Of a stretch of DNA of 64,000 nt, positions 1-8,042 are shown piece by piece. The stretch covers positions 6,956 to 70,955 of the forward strand of contig JBCLLY010000004.1 in assembly GCA_039738415.1 (NCBI GenBank). The letters run 5' to 3'. Position 1 is the first letter of the stretch. The number at the start of each line of letters is the position of its first letter. Made by a program: the position numbers and the translations under genes. The notes under the pieces are model-generated. The model made no database searches and was not told the DNA's origin. It saw nothing but the letters and a program-made list of their open reading frames with translations. The DNA comes from Candidatus Levyibacteriota bacterium. GTDB taxonomy: Bacteria; Patescibacteriota; Microgenomatia; Levybacterales; GWA1-39-11.

Positions 1-107
1 CAGACGAAGTAAGCAAATGACTGAAGGAACAGCCTACGATGTACCTCGTATTGGTGAGCCTACTGATTTATCCTAATGAATGGGGAATTTGGAGGCAAAT
101 CCTTTCC

Positions 108-131
108 CTTGGCAAGGACCGTCCTTGACAT
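108..131. repeat. REP-like palindromic unit, left copy flanking the Y1 transposase gene
   Basis: 24-nt cttggcaaggaccgtccttgacat containing the perfect hairpin caaggac-c-gtccttg (113-127). An identical 24-mer lies at 846-869. Confidence 0.8.
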
Positions 132-160
132 AGAGTATTGAGGTAGGGTATCGTTAAGTT

Positions 161-844
161 GTGCCTTCAAAAAATAGAGTTAAAGTTTACATAGAGAACG
201 GTTATTATCATATCTACAATAGAGGTGTAGACAAAAGGACTATCTTTCAGGATAAAAGTGATTGCGTCGTATTTTTGAGATTATTAAAACAGTATCTTTC
301 TCCAAAAGAAGATTTAGAATCATTTCTGACTCCTGGTCTTCGACTTGATCGACTTATTCGAACAAACATGCATGGAGAAATAGAACTTTTAGCTTTCGCA
401 CTTATGCCAAACCATTTCCATCTCCTCGTAAAACAAGTAAAAGCAAATGGAATTACTCAATTTATGAAACGAATCTCTACTTCTTACGCAATGTATTTCA
501 ATAAAAAATATAAACGCATAGGGCATTTATTTCAAGAACGATACAAGGGAGCACTTGTTTTAGATGATGACCATATTCTTCATTTATCTAGGTATATTCA
601 TCTTAATCCAAAGAAACTAAAAAATAATAAAATTAACTTTGAGGAATTTACGAGCTATCCGTACTATTTGGATTTAAAAAAAGCCAAGTGGGTTAATACG
701 AGTTTAATACGCCAATACTTTACTGAAAAAAAAATTGGAGACCATGACGGTTCTTACAAAAGTTTTGTGGAGGATTATAAGGATGATATTGCGACCATAG
801 AAATTCTGGGCGATCTTGCCCTCGATTCAGAAGGGGATGATTAA
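161..844 (+). CDS. REP-associated tyrosine (Y1) transposase, RayT / IS200-like TnpA family
   Basis: 227 aa with a GTG start. N-terminal YYHIYNRGVDKRTIF and the HUH-type motif MPNHFHLLVKQ. Flanked on both sides by identical hairpin repeats. Confidence 0.8.
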   Translation: MPSKNRVKVYIENGYYHIYNRGVDKRTIFQDKSDCVVFLRLLKQYLSPKEDLESFLTPGLRLDRLIRTNMHGEIELLAFALMPNHFHLLVKQVKANGITQFMKRISTSYAMYFNKKYKRIGHLFQERYKGALVLDDDHILHLSRYIHLNPKKLKNNKINFEEFTSYPYYLDLKKAKWVNTSLIRQYFTEKKIGDHDGSYKSFVEDYKDDIATIEILGDLALDSEGDD

Positions 845-845
845 A

Positions 846-869
846 CTTGGCAAGGACCGTCCTTGACAT
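846..869. repeat. REP-like palindromic unit, right copy
   Basis: Identical to 108-131. Starts 2 nt after the transposase stop codon. Confidence 0.8.
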
Positions 870-918
870 GACTTAATATAAGTAACCCTGGCAACCTCAT
901 TTATGGTAAAGGGAACAT

Positions 919-2241
919 TTATGGTAGGGGGAATTTGGAGGCAAATTTTTTGACTTTAGCAGCGATTTCCGGCAGTTGTTTATTGTGATTTATATCGTCC
1001 TTGAACGCCTTAAAAAATACATTTCTCTTTTCTTTGGTTGTTGGCAGTCCCCATTCACCGCAAGCAACAATAGTATCATTTATCCAGCCAGCCACTTTTT
1101 TCATATCAGCTTCCTTCATCCCTCGGGTAGTTATAGCAGGAGTTCCGATGCGAAGTCCTGATGGATAAAATGGTGGATTTGTATCATTTGGTACAGAATT
1201 TTTATTGACGATAATGTTTACTTGCTCTAATGCATAAGCAGCCAGAGCCCCATTTATTTTTTTATTACTTAAATCAATTAGCATAAGATGATTGTCAGTT
1301 CCACCGCTAACCAGTTCAAAACCATAATTTATAAGCTCTTTTGCGAGTACGTTCGCGTTTTTGACGATTTGATTTGCGTAAGACCTGAAGCTTTGCGTAT
1401 CCGCCTCTTTTAGAGCAACGGCAATTGCTGCTGTTTGGTCATCATGAGGTCCTCCCTGAAGACCCGGAAAGACTGCCTTATCAATTTTTTCCGCCAAATC
1501 TGCATCTTTTCTTAAGCCCTTCTTAGTCACCATTATCATTGCCCCCCTGGGACCGCGAAGAGTTTTGTGAGTTGTCGTCATAATTACATCTGCGTAAAGC
1601 GCGGGTGAGGGATGAGCGCCACCTGCTATAAGTCCCGCGACGTGCGAGATGTCTGCTACTAGATACGCCTTGACACTTTCCGCGATATCTGCAAATTCTG
1701 CAAAAGGTAGGGTGCGTGAATATGCGGTTGCGCCGATAAAAATAATTTTTGGCTTATTCTTTTTCGCAAGTGCTTTGACTTCGTCTATATCTATGTAGCC
1801 GTTTTTATCCAAATGATACTGTACTCCATTGTAAAATTGACCCGTGACACTTGCTTTCCACCCGTGAGTCAAATGTCCACCGTCGGGAAGAGCGTGCCCC
1901 ATGACAGTATCGCCCAGTTTACAAAGAGCGACATAAATTGCGAGATTTGCCGGAGACCCGGAGTAGGGTTGGACATTGACGTGTGCTACATTGAAAAGTT
2001 TTTTCGCGCGCTCTTGAGCTAAAATCTCAGCATCATCTGCATTTTTATTTCCCTGGTAGTATCTTTTTCTAGGATAACCCTCGGAATATTTATTTGTTAA
2101 GGATGAGCCAAGTGCGCTACGTACCGCCATTGATGCATAATTTTCTGAGGGGATTAGGGCGATTGTCTCTTTCTGGCGTTTGTCTTCGTTTTTTATAATT
2201 TTGTCTATTTCAGGGTCAGTGGAGGATAAAGTCTTTACCAT
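919..2241 (-). CDS. glyA: serine hydroxymethyltransferase
   Basis: 440 aa. SENYASMAVRSALGSSLTNKYSEGYP, the PLP-lysine motif TTTHKTLRGPRG, and VNKNSVP. Confidence 0.95.
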   Translation of the reverse strand: MVKTLSSTDPEIDKIIKNEDKRQKETIALIPSENYASMAVRSALGSSLTNKYSEGYPRKRYYQGNKNADDAEILAQERAKKLFNVAHVNVQPYSGSPANLAIYVALCKLGDTVMGHALPDGGHLTHGWKASVTGQFYNGVQYHLDKNGYIDIDEVKALAKKNKPKIIFIGATAYSRTLPFAEFADIAESVKAYLVADISHVAGLIAGGAHPSPALYADVIMTTTHKTLRGPRGAMIMVTKKGLRKDADLAEKIDKAVFPGLQGGPHDDQTAAIAVALKEADTQSFRSYANQIVKNANVLAKELINYGFELVSGGTDNHLMLIDLSNKKINGALAAYALEQVNIIVNKNSVPNDTNPPFYPSGLRIGTPAITTRGMKEADMKKVAGWINDTIVACGEWGLPTTKEKRNVFFKAFKDDINHNKQLPEIAAKVKKFASKFPLP

Positions 2242-2309
2242 AATGTCTTAATATAATAGTCTAAAATGGGCGTAAAGTCAATGAGAAAGTATTATTGAAG
2301 TAACCCTTA

Positions 2310-2543
2310 TTAAGGGGTTGGTGTAATGGTTGTTGAGGGTGTTGCGGTAGGAACAGAGAGAGTTGCGGATGGGGTTGCGGAGGGGGTAGTGGATGAGGAC
2401 TTTCCTGGTTTTTCAGGAGAAAACTCAAATTTATCAGCACCTGAGACCAGAGTAATGCTAAAAATTACTAAAATTACTAAAATTATCGCGACAAAAGCAA
2501 AACCGCCTTGAGGATTATTAGTAGAAATATAGAACTTTTTCAT
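2310..2543 (-). CDS. small membrane-anchored Ser/Thr/Pro-rich protein (hypothetical)
   Basis: 77 aa. N-terminal hydrophobic helix GGFAFVAIILVILVIFSI followed by the low-complexity TPSATPSATLSVPTATPSTTITPTP. 4-nt overlap with the upstream vWA gene suggests translational coupling. Confidence 0.55.
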   Translation of the reverse strand: MKKFYISTNNPQGGFAFVAIILVILVIFSITLVSGADKFEFSPEKPGKSSSTTPSATPSATLSVPTATPSTTITPTP

Positions 2544-3445
2544 TGGTTAGTAGATGGTTGTACCGAGCTACAGATTTTTTGCGAGATTGATTTATAAATA
2601 TTTTCCAGCTCAGCACCATTTGGAGCGTTATAAAAAGTATCTGGACTAGATGCTATGTCTGTCATTAAGTCTAACCCTAGTATCTCTCCAGCTCCAAAGA
2701 TTCCTATAGAATATATCGTTACTCCTAGAACTTTAATTTCCTCAGCGGGATTTGGGGTTTGTAGCCGAGGGTCAGCTAGGGGTCCTAAGTTAATTCCGCC
2801 AGGAATATTAGGAAGACCATCAGAGACAAATATAAGGAAAAAATTTCTATCAGGATATGCGCTTTGAGCCTGTATTAAAGTGTCACGGGCTCTATTCAGT
2901 GCCTCTATGGTATTTGTTCCGCCCATGGCATCAATCGCATTGATTCGTGCAGGAATTACATCCTTTACATCTTTAAAAAGCGAGACTGGGACTTCTGTTC
3001 GTACGCCAATGATGCCATTAAATCTTTCTATTCCAACTACAGAATCGTCTGACATGGCTCCCGTAAAGGACAGAACAGCATTTTTTAGATTATTTATTTT
3101 GGAGATGGGTTCATTCATGGAGCCTGTTGTATCGAGCATCATGGTAACAGCAGTTACTCCCCCGCATTCCTTGAATCTAATGGTTCTGAGCTGTAAATTT
3201 CCTCTTTTATCGTCAAGCTCCTTCAAAGAATCTTCGTCTATTTCATATGTACCCTCTGGAGGATCGGACAGTTGTTCCTGAGGAAAAGGATTGCCCCCCG
3301 TCAGCAAAAACCCGCCGCCGATGATAATTGCAAGAAATGCAAAGAAAATTCCTCCTCCGCCGGACATCAAAGAACTTCCACTTCCACCTCCACCTCCGCT
3401 AGAACCTGAGAATAAAAATCCACCGCGCTTATTGTTTTGTGCCAT
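2540..3445 (-). CDS. von Willebrand factor type A (vWA) domain protein with Gly-rich N-terminus and TM anchor
   Basis: MIDAS-like MLDTTGSM, FVSDGLPN, and the N-terminal TM FFAFLAIIIGGGFLL. I place the start at ATG 3445 (MAQNNK) because a TTGACA-18-TACAAT promoter ends 6 nt upstream. The ORF-track start at 3481 would lie inside the -35 element. Confidence 0.8.
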   Translation of the reverse strand: MAQNNKRGGFLFSGSSGGGGGSGSSLMSGGGGIFFAFLAIIIGGGFLLTGGNPFPQEQLSDPPEGTYEIDEDSLKELDDKRGNLQLRTIRFKECGGVTAVTMMLDTTGSMNEPISKINNLKNAVLSFTGAMSDDSVVGIERFNGIIGVRTEVPVSLFKDVKDVIPARINAIDAMGGTNTIEALNRARDTLIQAQSAYPDRNFFLIFVSDGLPNIPGGINLGPLADPRLQTPNPAEEIKVLGVTIYSIGIFGAGEILGLDLMTDIASSPDTFYNAPNGAELENIYKSISQKICSSVQPSTNQ

Positions 3446-3451
3446 ACATTC

Positions 3452-3481
3452 ATTGTAGAGATAGTATTTGACAGATGTCAA
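3452..3481 (-). promoter_or_regulatory. sigma70-type promoter of the vWA operon; the -35 lies inside a 16-bp palindrome
   Basis: On the minus strand: TTGACA (3481-3476), 18-nt spacer, TACAAT (3457-3452), 6 nt, ATG. The palindrome tttgaca-ga-tgtcaaa spans 3467-3482. Confidence 0.6.
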
Positions 3482-3490
3482 ATAAGCAGC

Positions 3491-3511
3491 GGACAGCGGA
3501 TAGCGTGCAGC
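3491..3511. repeat. GGACAGCG..TAGCGT.CAG motif, copy 1 (left of the four-helix-bundle gene)
   Basis: ggacagcggatagcgtgcagc. Matches the reverse complement of 3906-3926 at 16 of 21 positions, and 4904-4928 in direct orientation at about 22 of 25. Confidence 0.55.
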
Positions 3512-3541
3512 GTCTAGTAAGCAAAAATGATAAAGTAATCT

Positions 3542-3910
3542 ATGGATTCTTACAAGACTAAATCATTTAAAGATTTAATAGTTTGGAAAAAATCCATGGA
3601 GCTTGCAAAACTCATTTATGCTGTTACTTTAAAATTTCCTCAAACTGAACAGTATGGATTAGTTTCCCAAATGAGACGGGCTGCAGTTTCAATTCCATCA
3701 AATATTGCTGAGGGTTACGGTAGAAGTTCAAAGAAAGAATATGCACAATTCTATTCAATATCATATGGGTCACTATTAGAGCTTGAAACACAAATAATTT
3801 TGTCCACGGAGCTCGGATTTATAAATAATCAAGATTTTATTGGTATTAATAATCTTCGGGAAGAAGTCTCAAAGATGCTATATGTGATGATTTCAAAATT
3901 AAGAGCCTGA
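3542..3910 (+). CDS. four-helix-bundle protein (23S rRNA intervening-sequence protein family)
   Basis: 122 aa. FKDLIVWKKSMELAKLIY...QMRRAAVSIPSNIAEGYGRSSKKEYAQFYSISYGSLLELETQ is the signature of this family. Confidence 0.9.
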   Translation: MDSYKTKSFKDLIVWKKSMELAKLIYAVTLKFPQTEQYGLVSQMRRAAVSIPSNIAEGYGRSSKKEYAQFYSISYGSLLELETQIILSTELGFINNQDFIGINNLREEVSKMLYVMISKLRA

Positions 3911-3926
3911 ACGCTAAACGCTGTTC
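3906..3926. repeat. GGACAGCG-type motif, copy 2 (inverted; right of the four-helix-bundle gene)
   Basis: cctgaacgctaaacgctgttc. Its reverse complement is gaacagcgtttagcgttcagg. cctgaacgc recurs at 3930-3938. Confidence 0.5.
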
Positions 3927-3946
3927 TTGCCTGAACGCTTTTTTTT

Positions 3947-3955
3947 TGCTATAAT
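3947..3955 (+). promoter_or_regulatory. extended -10 promoter element upstream of rpsB
   Basis: tgctataat (TGnTATAAT) preceded by a T7 run. A ~110-nt leader to the ATG at 4071 contains hairpins ttcgtaa/ttacgaa and tcccg-ctaaa-cggga. Confidence 0.5.
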
Positions 3956-4070
3956 AGCTCTATCACACACATTCTGTAATCAATCCTGTTCGTAACTTAC
4001 GAATATTTAAGACAGAATGGAGGAGCCGCCTACTCCCGCTAAACGGGATACGGCGAGCCAAAGAAGGATT

Positions 4071-4919
4071 ATGAGACAAATTACATTAGAAGAATTATTG
4101 TCAGTCGGTTGTCATTTCGGACACCAAGTAAATCGCTCAAACCCAAAGGCGAATCCATTTATTTTTGAATCCCGCGCAAATGTTCATATTATAGATTTAG
4201 AACAGACCCATAAAGGGCTGATTGAAGCAGCTGAATTTGTCAAAAGCTTGGCCCTTGAGGGAAAGACGATGGTAATAGTTGGAACTAAAAGACAAGCAAA
4301 ACAAGTTGTTGAAGAGCAAATTGAAAGAGCTCGCGTAGCAACGCCTGACTCTATTTTTTATGTAACTTCACGATGGGTTGGTGGAATTTTAACAAATTTT
4401 CCGGAAGTTTCTAAAAACTTTAAAAAGTTAACCGATCTTGAGAATCTTGTAACCACGGAAAAATCCCGAGAATACACCAAGCGTGAGCTTGCTTTGTTCG
4501 ATAGGAAAATCGCAAAACTTAAGAATTTTTATCAGGGAATTAGAGAGTTAAAAAACGCTCCCGACGCACTATTTATTATAGACACGCATTTTGAGAAAAC
4601 TGCTGTAAGTGAGGCAATTAGAGTAAAAATAAAAACAGCAGGAATTGTTGATACAAATGGTGACCCATCCAGCGTTACCTATGCAATTCCGGCAAATGAT
4701 GACGCGGTAGGTTCAATTGAACTAATTACATCATATATAGTTGATGCTTGGATAGAGGGAGCGAAACAATTAAAAGTTCAAAATGAAAAGTTAAAAGTTG
4801 AAGAAGAAAAAGTCGTACGGCCCGCTTCGACTCAGCGAGGCGAGCAAGCTCAGGATGCAACAGCGGAAATAAAAAAGACAAAGGAGAAGGAAGAGGCGAA
4901 GAAAGCGGACAGCGTATAG
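4071..4919 (+). CDS. rpsB: 30S ribosomal protein S2 with Lys/Glu-rich C-terminal extension
   Basis: LLSVGCHFGHQVNRSNPKANPFIF, IIDLEQT, DTNGDPS. I prefer ATG 4071 (MRQITLEELL), which has agaagga 5 nt upstream. The ORF-track start at 4017 adds 18 residues not typical of S2. Confidence 0.92.
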   Translation: MRQITLEELLSVGCHFGHQVNRSNPKANPFIFESRANVHIIDLEQTHKGLIEAAEFVKSLALEGKTMVIVGTKRQAKQVVEEQIERARVATPDSIFYVTSRWVGGILTNFPEVSKNFKKLTDLENLVTTEKSREYTKRELALFDRKIAKLKNFYQGIRELKNAPDALFIIDTHFEKTAVSEAIRVKIKTAGIVDTNGDPSSVTYAIPANDDAVGSIELITSYIVDAWIEGAKQLKVQNEKLKVEEEKVVRPASTQRGEQAQDATAEIKKTKEKEEAKKADSV

Positions 4920-4928
4920 GGTACAGCG
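4904..4928. repeat. GGACAGCG-type motif, copy 3, overlapping the rpsB stop codon
   Basis: agcggacagcgtatagggtacagcg, compared with agcggacagcggatagcgtgcagcg at 3489-3513. Confidence 0.5.
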
Positions 4929-4962
4929 GACAGAAGGAACAAAGCACAGCAACCTCTGTGTC

Positions 4963-5016
4963 ATCCTGGGGAGCAAAGCGACTCCAGGATCAATTTGATT
5001 CTGGCCAAGCCAGAAT
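4963..5016 (+). other. two stem-loops in the rpsB-tsf spacer
   Basis: atcctgg (4963-4969) pairs with ccaggat (4984-4990). attctggc-caa-gccagaat spans 4998-5016. No T-run follows, so this is not a classical terminator. Confidence 0.5.
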
Positions 5017-5031
5017 GACAAATAAAAATGT

Positions 5032-5484
5032 ATGAAAATAACAGCACAAGATATAAAAAACTTAAGAGGAACGACTCTGGCAGGATTTGCTGATTGTAAA
5101 AATGCTTTGGAGGAGGCAAACGGCGATTTGAAAAAGGCGGAAAGCATTCTTAAAGAGAAAGGGCTTGCAAAGGCCGCGAAAAAGGGAGACCGCGCAACAG
5201 GAAGCGGGTTGGTCGAAACCTACGTTCACTTAAATGGAAAAATAGGAGTAGTTTTGTCGCTTCTTTGTGAGACTGATTTTGTTGCAAGAACCGACGAATT
5301 CAAAAATCTGGCGCATGAAATTGCGCTGCAGGTTGCTGCAATGAATCCAAAAGATACAAAAGAGCTTAGCAAGCAGGAATATATAAGAGATGGTTCCAAA
5401 ACAATTGATGTTTTAGTAAAAGAACACATCGCAAAATTAGGTGAAAATATTCAAATCGGCGACTTCGCAAGGATACAAATCTAA
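5032..5484 (+). CDS. tsf: elongation factor Ts, short (150-aa) form
   Basis: UBA-like N-terminus ITAQDIKNLRGTTLAGFADCKNALEEANGDLKKAESILKEKG, then the core GKIGVVLSLLCETDFVARTDEF. It ends after KLGENIQIGDFARIQI. Confidence 0.9.
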   Translation: MKITAQDIKNLRGTTLAGFADCKNALEEANGDLKKAESILKEKGLAKAAKKGDRATGSGLVETYVHLNGKIGVVLSLLCETDFVARTDEFKNLAHEIALQVAAMNPKDTKELSKQEYIRDGSKTIDVLVKEHIAKLGENIQIGDFARIQI

Positions 5485-5661
5485 GTGAAGCTATGACTTT
5501 TAATTTGAGAGTAGCGGGTTCAATTTGAAATTTACATTCTTTAATCAATAATTAAATTTTTAAAATTAAAACATTTCAAATTCACTGAAAATTAAAAATT
5601 ATAAATTAAAAATTAATTAATCTTTATCCTTAATACACACTTCTTAATTCTTTAGCAATCT

Positions 5662-5669
5662 TGTATAAT
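5662..5669 (+). promoter_or_regulatory. extended -10 element; leaderless-type promoter of rseP
   Basis: tgtataat ends 7 nt before ATG 5677, with no Shine-Dalgarno in between. Preceded by ~150 nt of AT-only low-complexity DNA. Confidence 0.55.
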
Positions 5670-5676
5670 AAACTTT

Positions 5677-6792
5677 ATGTTTGTAACGATTATCGCATTC
5701 ATTCTAATTCTCTCCGCCCTCGTTCTTGTTCACGAATTAGGGCATTACTTAGTTGCTAAATTTTTCAAGATAAAAGTTGAGGAATTCGGATTTGGATTTC
5801 CTCCGCGAGTTTTTGGTAAAAAAATAGGAGAGACAATTTACTCGATAAATCTGCTCCCTATCGGAGGGTTTGTAAAACTTTATGGAGAAGATAGTGCAGG
5901 TGGAGGGAGCATAAAAGTTAAAAGTTCAAAATTAGAAGTTCAAAATTCAGATTTGGGTAGAGCTTTTTACGCGAGACCGTTGTGGCAAAGGATGGCTGTT
6001 GTTGTCGCAGGGGTTGTGATGAATTTTTTGCTTGCAGTAACTCTTATTTCAACACTTTTCGCAACACATGGAGTACCTGTTCCGACTGAAAATGTACTTG
6101 TTAATAACGTTCAAGAAAATTCACCGGCTGCTACTGCGGGAATACGGGTTAATGATGAGATTGTTATTTTAAACGGTGAAGCGATTGAAACAACTGAAGA
6201 ATTTATAAAAGTAGTCGACAAGAATTTGGGGGAGCAAATTTTCCTAACAGTACTGCGTGACGGAAATAAAATTAATCTGACACTTACACCCCGAGTTGAT
6301 GCTCCCGAAGGAGAAGGTCCGATAGGAGTTGTAATTTCAAATATTAAGATAAAAAAATACTCGTGGCTCGAGGCGCCTTTTTACGGAACTTTGGAGGCTT
6401 TAAATTTTACAAAGCTAATTTTAGTAGGACTGGGGACCATGGTATCGGATTTAGTGATGACCGGACAAGCACCTGAGGGTGTTGCAGGTCCCGTAGGAGT
6501 TGCGCAACTAACGGGAATTGTTGTGGGGAATGGATGGGTTGCGACATTGTGGTTTGTTTCTCTTCTTTCCTTAAACCTTGCAGTTTTAAATATTTTACCT
6601 ATTCCGGCACTTGATGGAGGACGATTGTTCTTTCAGCTAATAGAGCTTTTTACACGCAAGAAAGTCAGTCCGAGATATGAAGGATACGCGCACGCAGCAG
6701 GACTTGTGATATTACTTTCACTTATGTTACTAATTACAGTGTTTGATATCGGCAGACTTATATCGGGAGAAAGTTTGATACCTAAATTATAA
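5677..6792 (+). CDS. rseP: RIP (site-2) zinc metalloprotease, M50 family, with PDZ domain
   Basis: 371 aa. HELGHYLVAKFF (HExxH), a central PDZ-like region, and NLAVLNILPIPALDGG. Confidence 0.92.
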   Translation: MFVTIIAFILILSALVLVHELGHYLVAKFFKIKVEEFGFGFPPRVFGKKIGETIYSINLLPIGGFVKLYGEDSAGGGSIKVKSSKLEVQNSDLGRAFYARPLWQRMAVVVAGVVMNFLLAVTLISTLFATHGVPVPTENVLVNNVQENSPAATAGIRVNDEIVILNGEAIETTEEFIKVVDKNLGEQIFLTVLRDGNKINLTLTPRVDAPEGEGPIGVVISNIKIKKYSWLEAPFYGTLEALNFTKLILVGLGTMVSDLVMTGQAPEGVAGPVGVAQLTGIVVGNGWVATLWFVSLLSLNLAVLNILPIPALDGGRLFFQLIELFTRKKVSPRYEGYAHAAGLVILLSLMLLITVFDIGRLISGESLIPKL

Positions 6793-6796
6793 AAAT

Positions 6797-7357
6797 ATGA
6801 ATGAAATAGTAAATGAAGCAAAGAAAAATATGGAGAAAGCGTATGAGATATTGCGTGCTGATTTATCGACCGTTAGAAGCGGAAAAGCAAGTAACCAAAT
6901 GGTAGAGAGTATCGAAGTAATAGCATATGGAGGCTCTGCAAGGCTAAAAATATTGGAGCTTGCAACAATTTCGGTACCGGACCCAAAAACAATAATCATC
7001 ACGCCCTTTGATTTGTCAGTAATCGGCGATATAGAAAAAGCGATAAATGATTCGGGCTTGGGCATAAATCCTGCCGTATCAGGAGAGTACATACGACTTT
7101 CAGTCCCGCCTTTAACTGAAGAAAGACGAGTAGAGATGGTAAAGATGATAAATCATAAATGCGAAAGTGGAAAAGTTATGATAAGACAAATGAGACAGGA
7201 AGTTATGCATGAATTAAAGAAAACAAGCGATCTGGGACATACTTCGGAGGATGAGACGCAAAGACATGAAAAAGAAGTTCAGAATTTAACCGACGAGTAT
7301 ATGAAAAAAATTGATGACCTCCGAGAGTTAAAAGAGAAAGAACTCATGACAGTATAG
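6797..7357 (+). CDS. frr: ribosome recycling factor
   Basis: 186 aa. LSTVRSGKASNQMVESIEV, PLTEERR, and the typical C-terminal coiled region. Starts 4 nt after the rseP stop. Confidence 0.93.
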   Translation: MNEIVNEAKKNMEKAYEILRADLSTVRSGKASNQMVESIEVIAYGGSARLKILELATISVPDPKTIIITPFDLSVIGDIEKAINDSGLGINPAVSGEYIRLSVPPLTEERRVEMVKMINHKCESGKVMIRQMRQEVMHELKKTSDLGHTSEDETQRHEKEVQNLTDEYMKKIDDLRELKEKELMTV

Positions 7358-7435
7358 TTATTGGTCATTAGGAGTAGGAGTAGTTGGGTTCGTTAAAAAC
7401 TATTCCCTAGTATCTATTACCTAATCCCTAATATT

Positions 7436-8041
7436 ATGAAGATTCCACGAGCAATAGAAAGAGTAATTGAAGGATTTGAAAGACTTCCCGGAATAGGACC
7501 GAAGTCTGCGCAAAGACTTGGGTTTTATCTTTTGCATGTGCCCCAGGAACAACTCGATGAATTCGCACAGGCTTTGGAAAATGTAAAAAAAGAGACAGCG
7601 ATTTGTAAGAGTTGTTTTAATATCGGAAATACTGATTTGTGCGAAATTTGCAGCGATGAAAAAAGGGACAAATCCTTTATTTGCGTAGTTGAGGATCCTC
7701 TCGATGTAGTCGCGCTTGAGAAAAGCAGGAAATTTACCGGAATATATCATGTGCTGCATGGAGTAGTCGATCCGCTTAATTCAATTGGACCTGATGATAT
7801 TTATATTCCTCAGCTTATAACTCGAGTAGAAAATAGTCCCGAGATGGAGGAGATTTTAATAGCGACAAATCCGACCATGGAGGGTGAGGCAACGGCTATG
7901 TATATATATAAAAGACTTCAGGAGAAAAAACCCTCTATCAAAGTTACGCGCATTGGACGCGGACTTCCGATAGGCGCAGATATAGAATACGCTGATGAAA
8001 CTACACTCGCACGTGCACTTGAGGGAAGAAGAGAATATTGA
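7436..8041 (+). CDS. recR: recombination protein RecR
   Basis: 201 aa. HhH motif LPGIGPKSAQRLGFYLL, C4 zinc motif CKSCFN...CEICSD, and a Toprim region. Confidence 0.93.
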   Translation: MKIPRAIERVIEGFERLPGIGPKSAQRLGFYLLHVPQEQLDEFAQALENVKKETAICKSCFNIGNTDLCEICSDEKRDKSFICVVEDPLDVVALEKSRKFTGIYHVLHGVVDPLNSIGPDDIYIPQLITRVENSPEMEEILIATNPTMEGEATAMYIYKRLQEKKPSIKVTRIGRGLPIGADIEYADETTLARALEGRREY

Positions 8042-8042
8042 G

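Noticed and set aside
1-76. Possible 3' end of a plus-strand gene (…TEGTAYDVPRIGEPTDLS*) at the window edge
   Set aside because: Only 25 codons are visible and there is no recognisable motif. That is too little to support a call.
4017-4070. Upstream ATG (4017) as the rpsB start
   Set aside because: It would add MEEPPTPAKRDTASQRRI ahead of the conserved S2 N-terminus. ATG 4071 has an AGAAGGA purine tract upstream and gives the usual spacing to the LL..G.HFGH motif.
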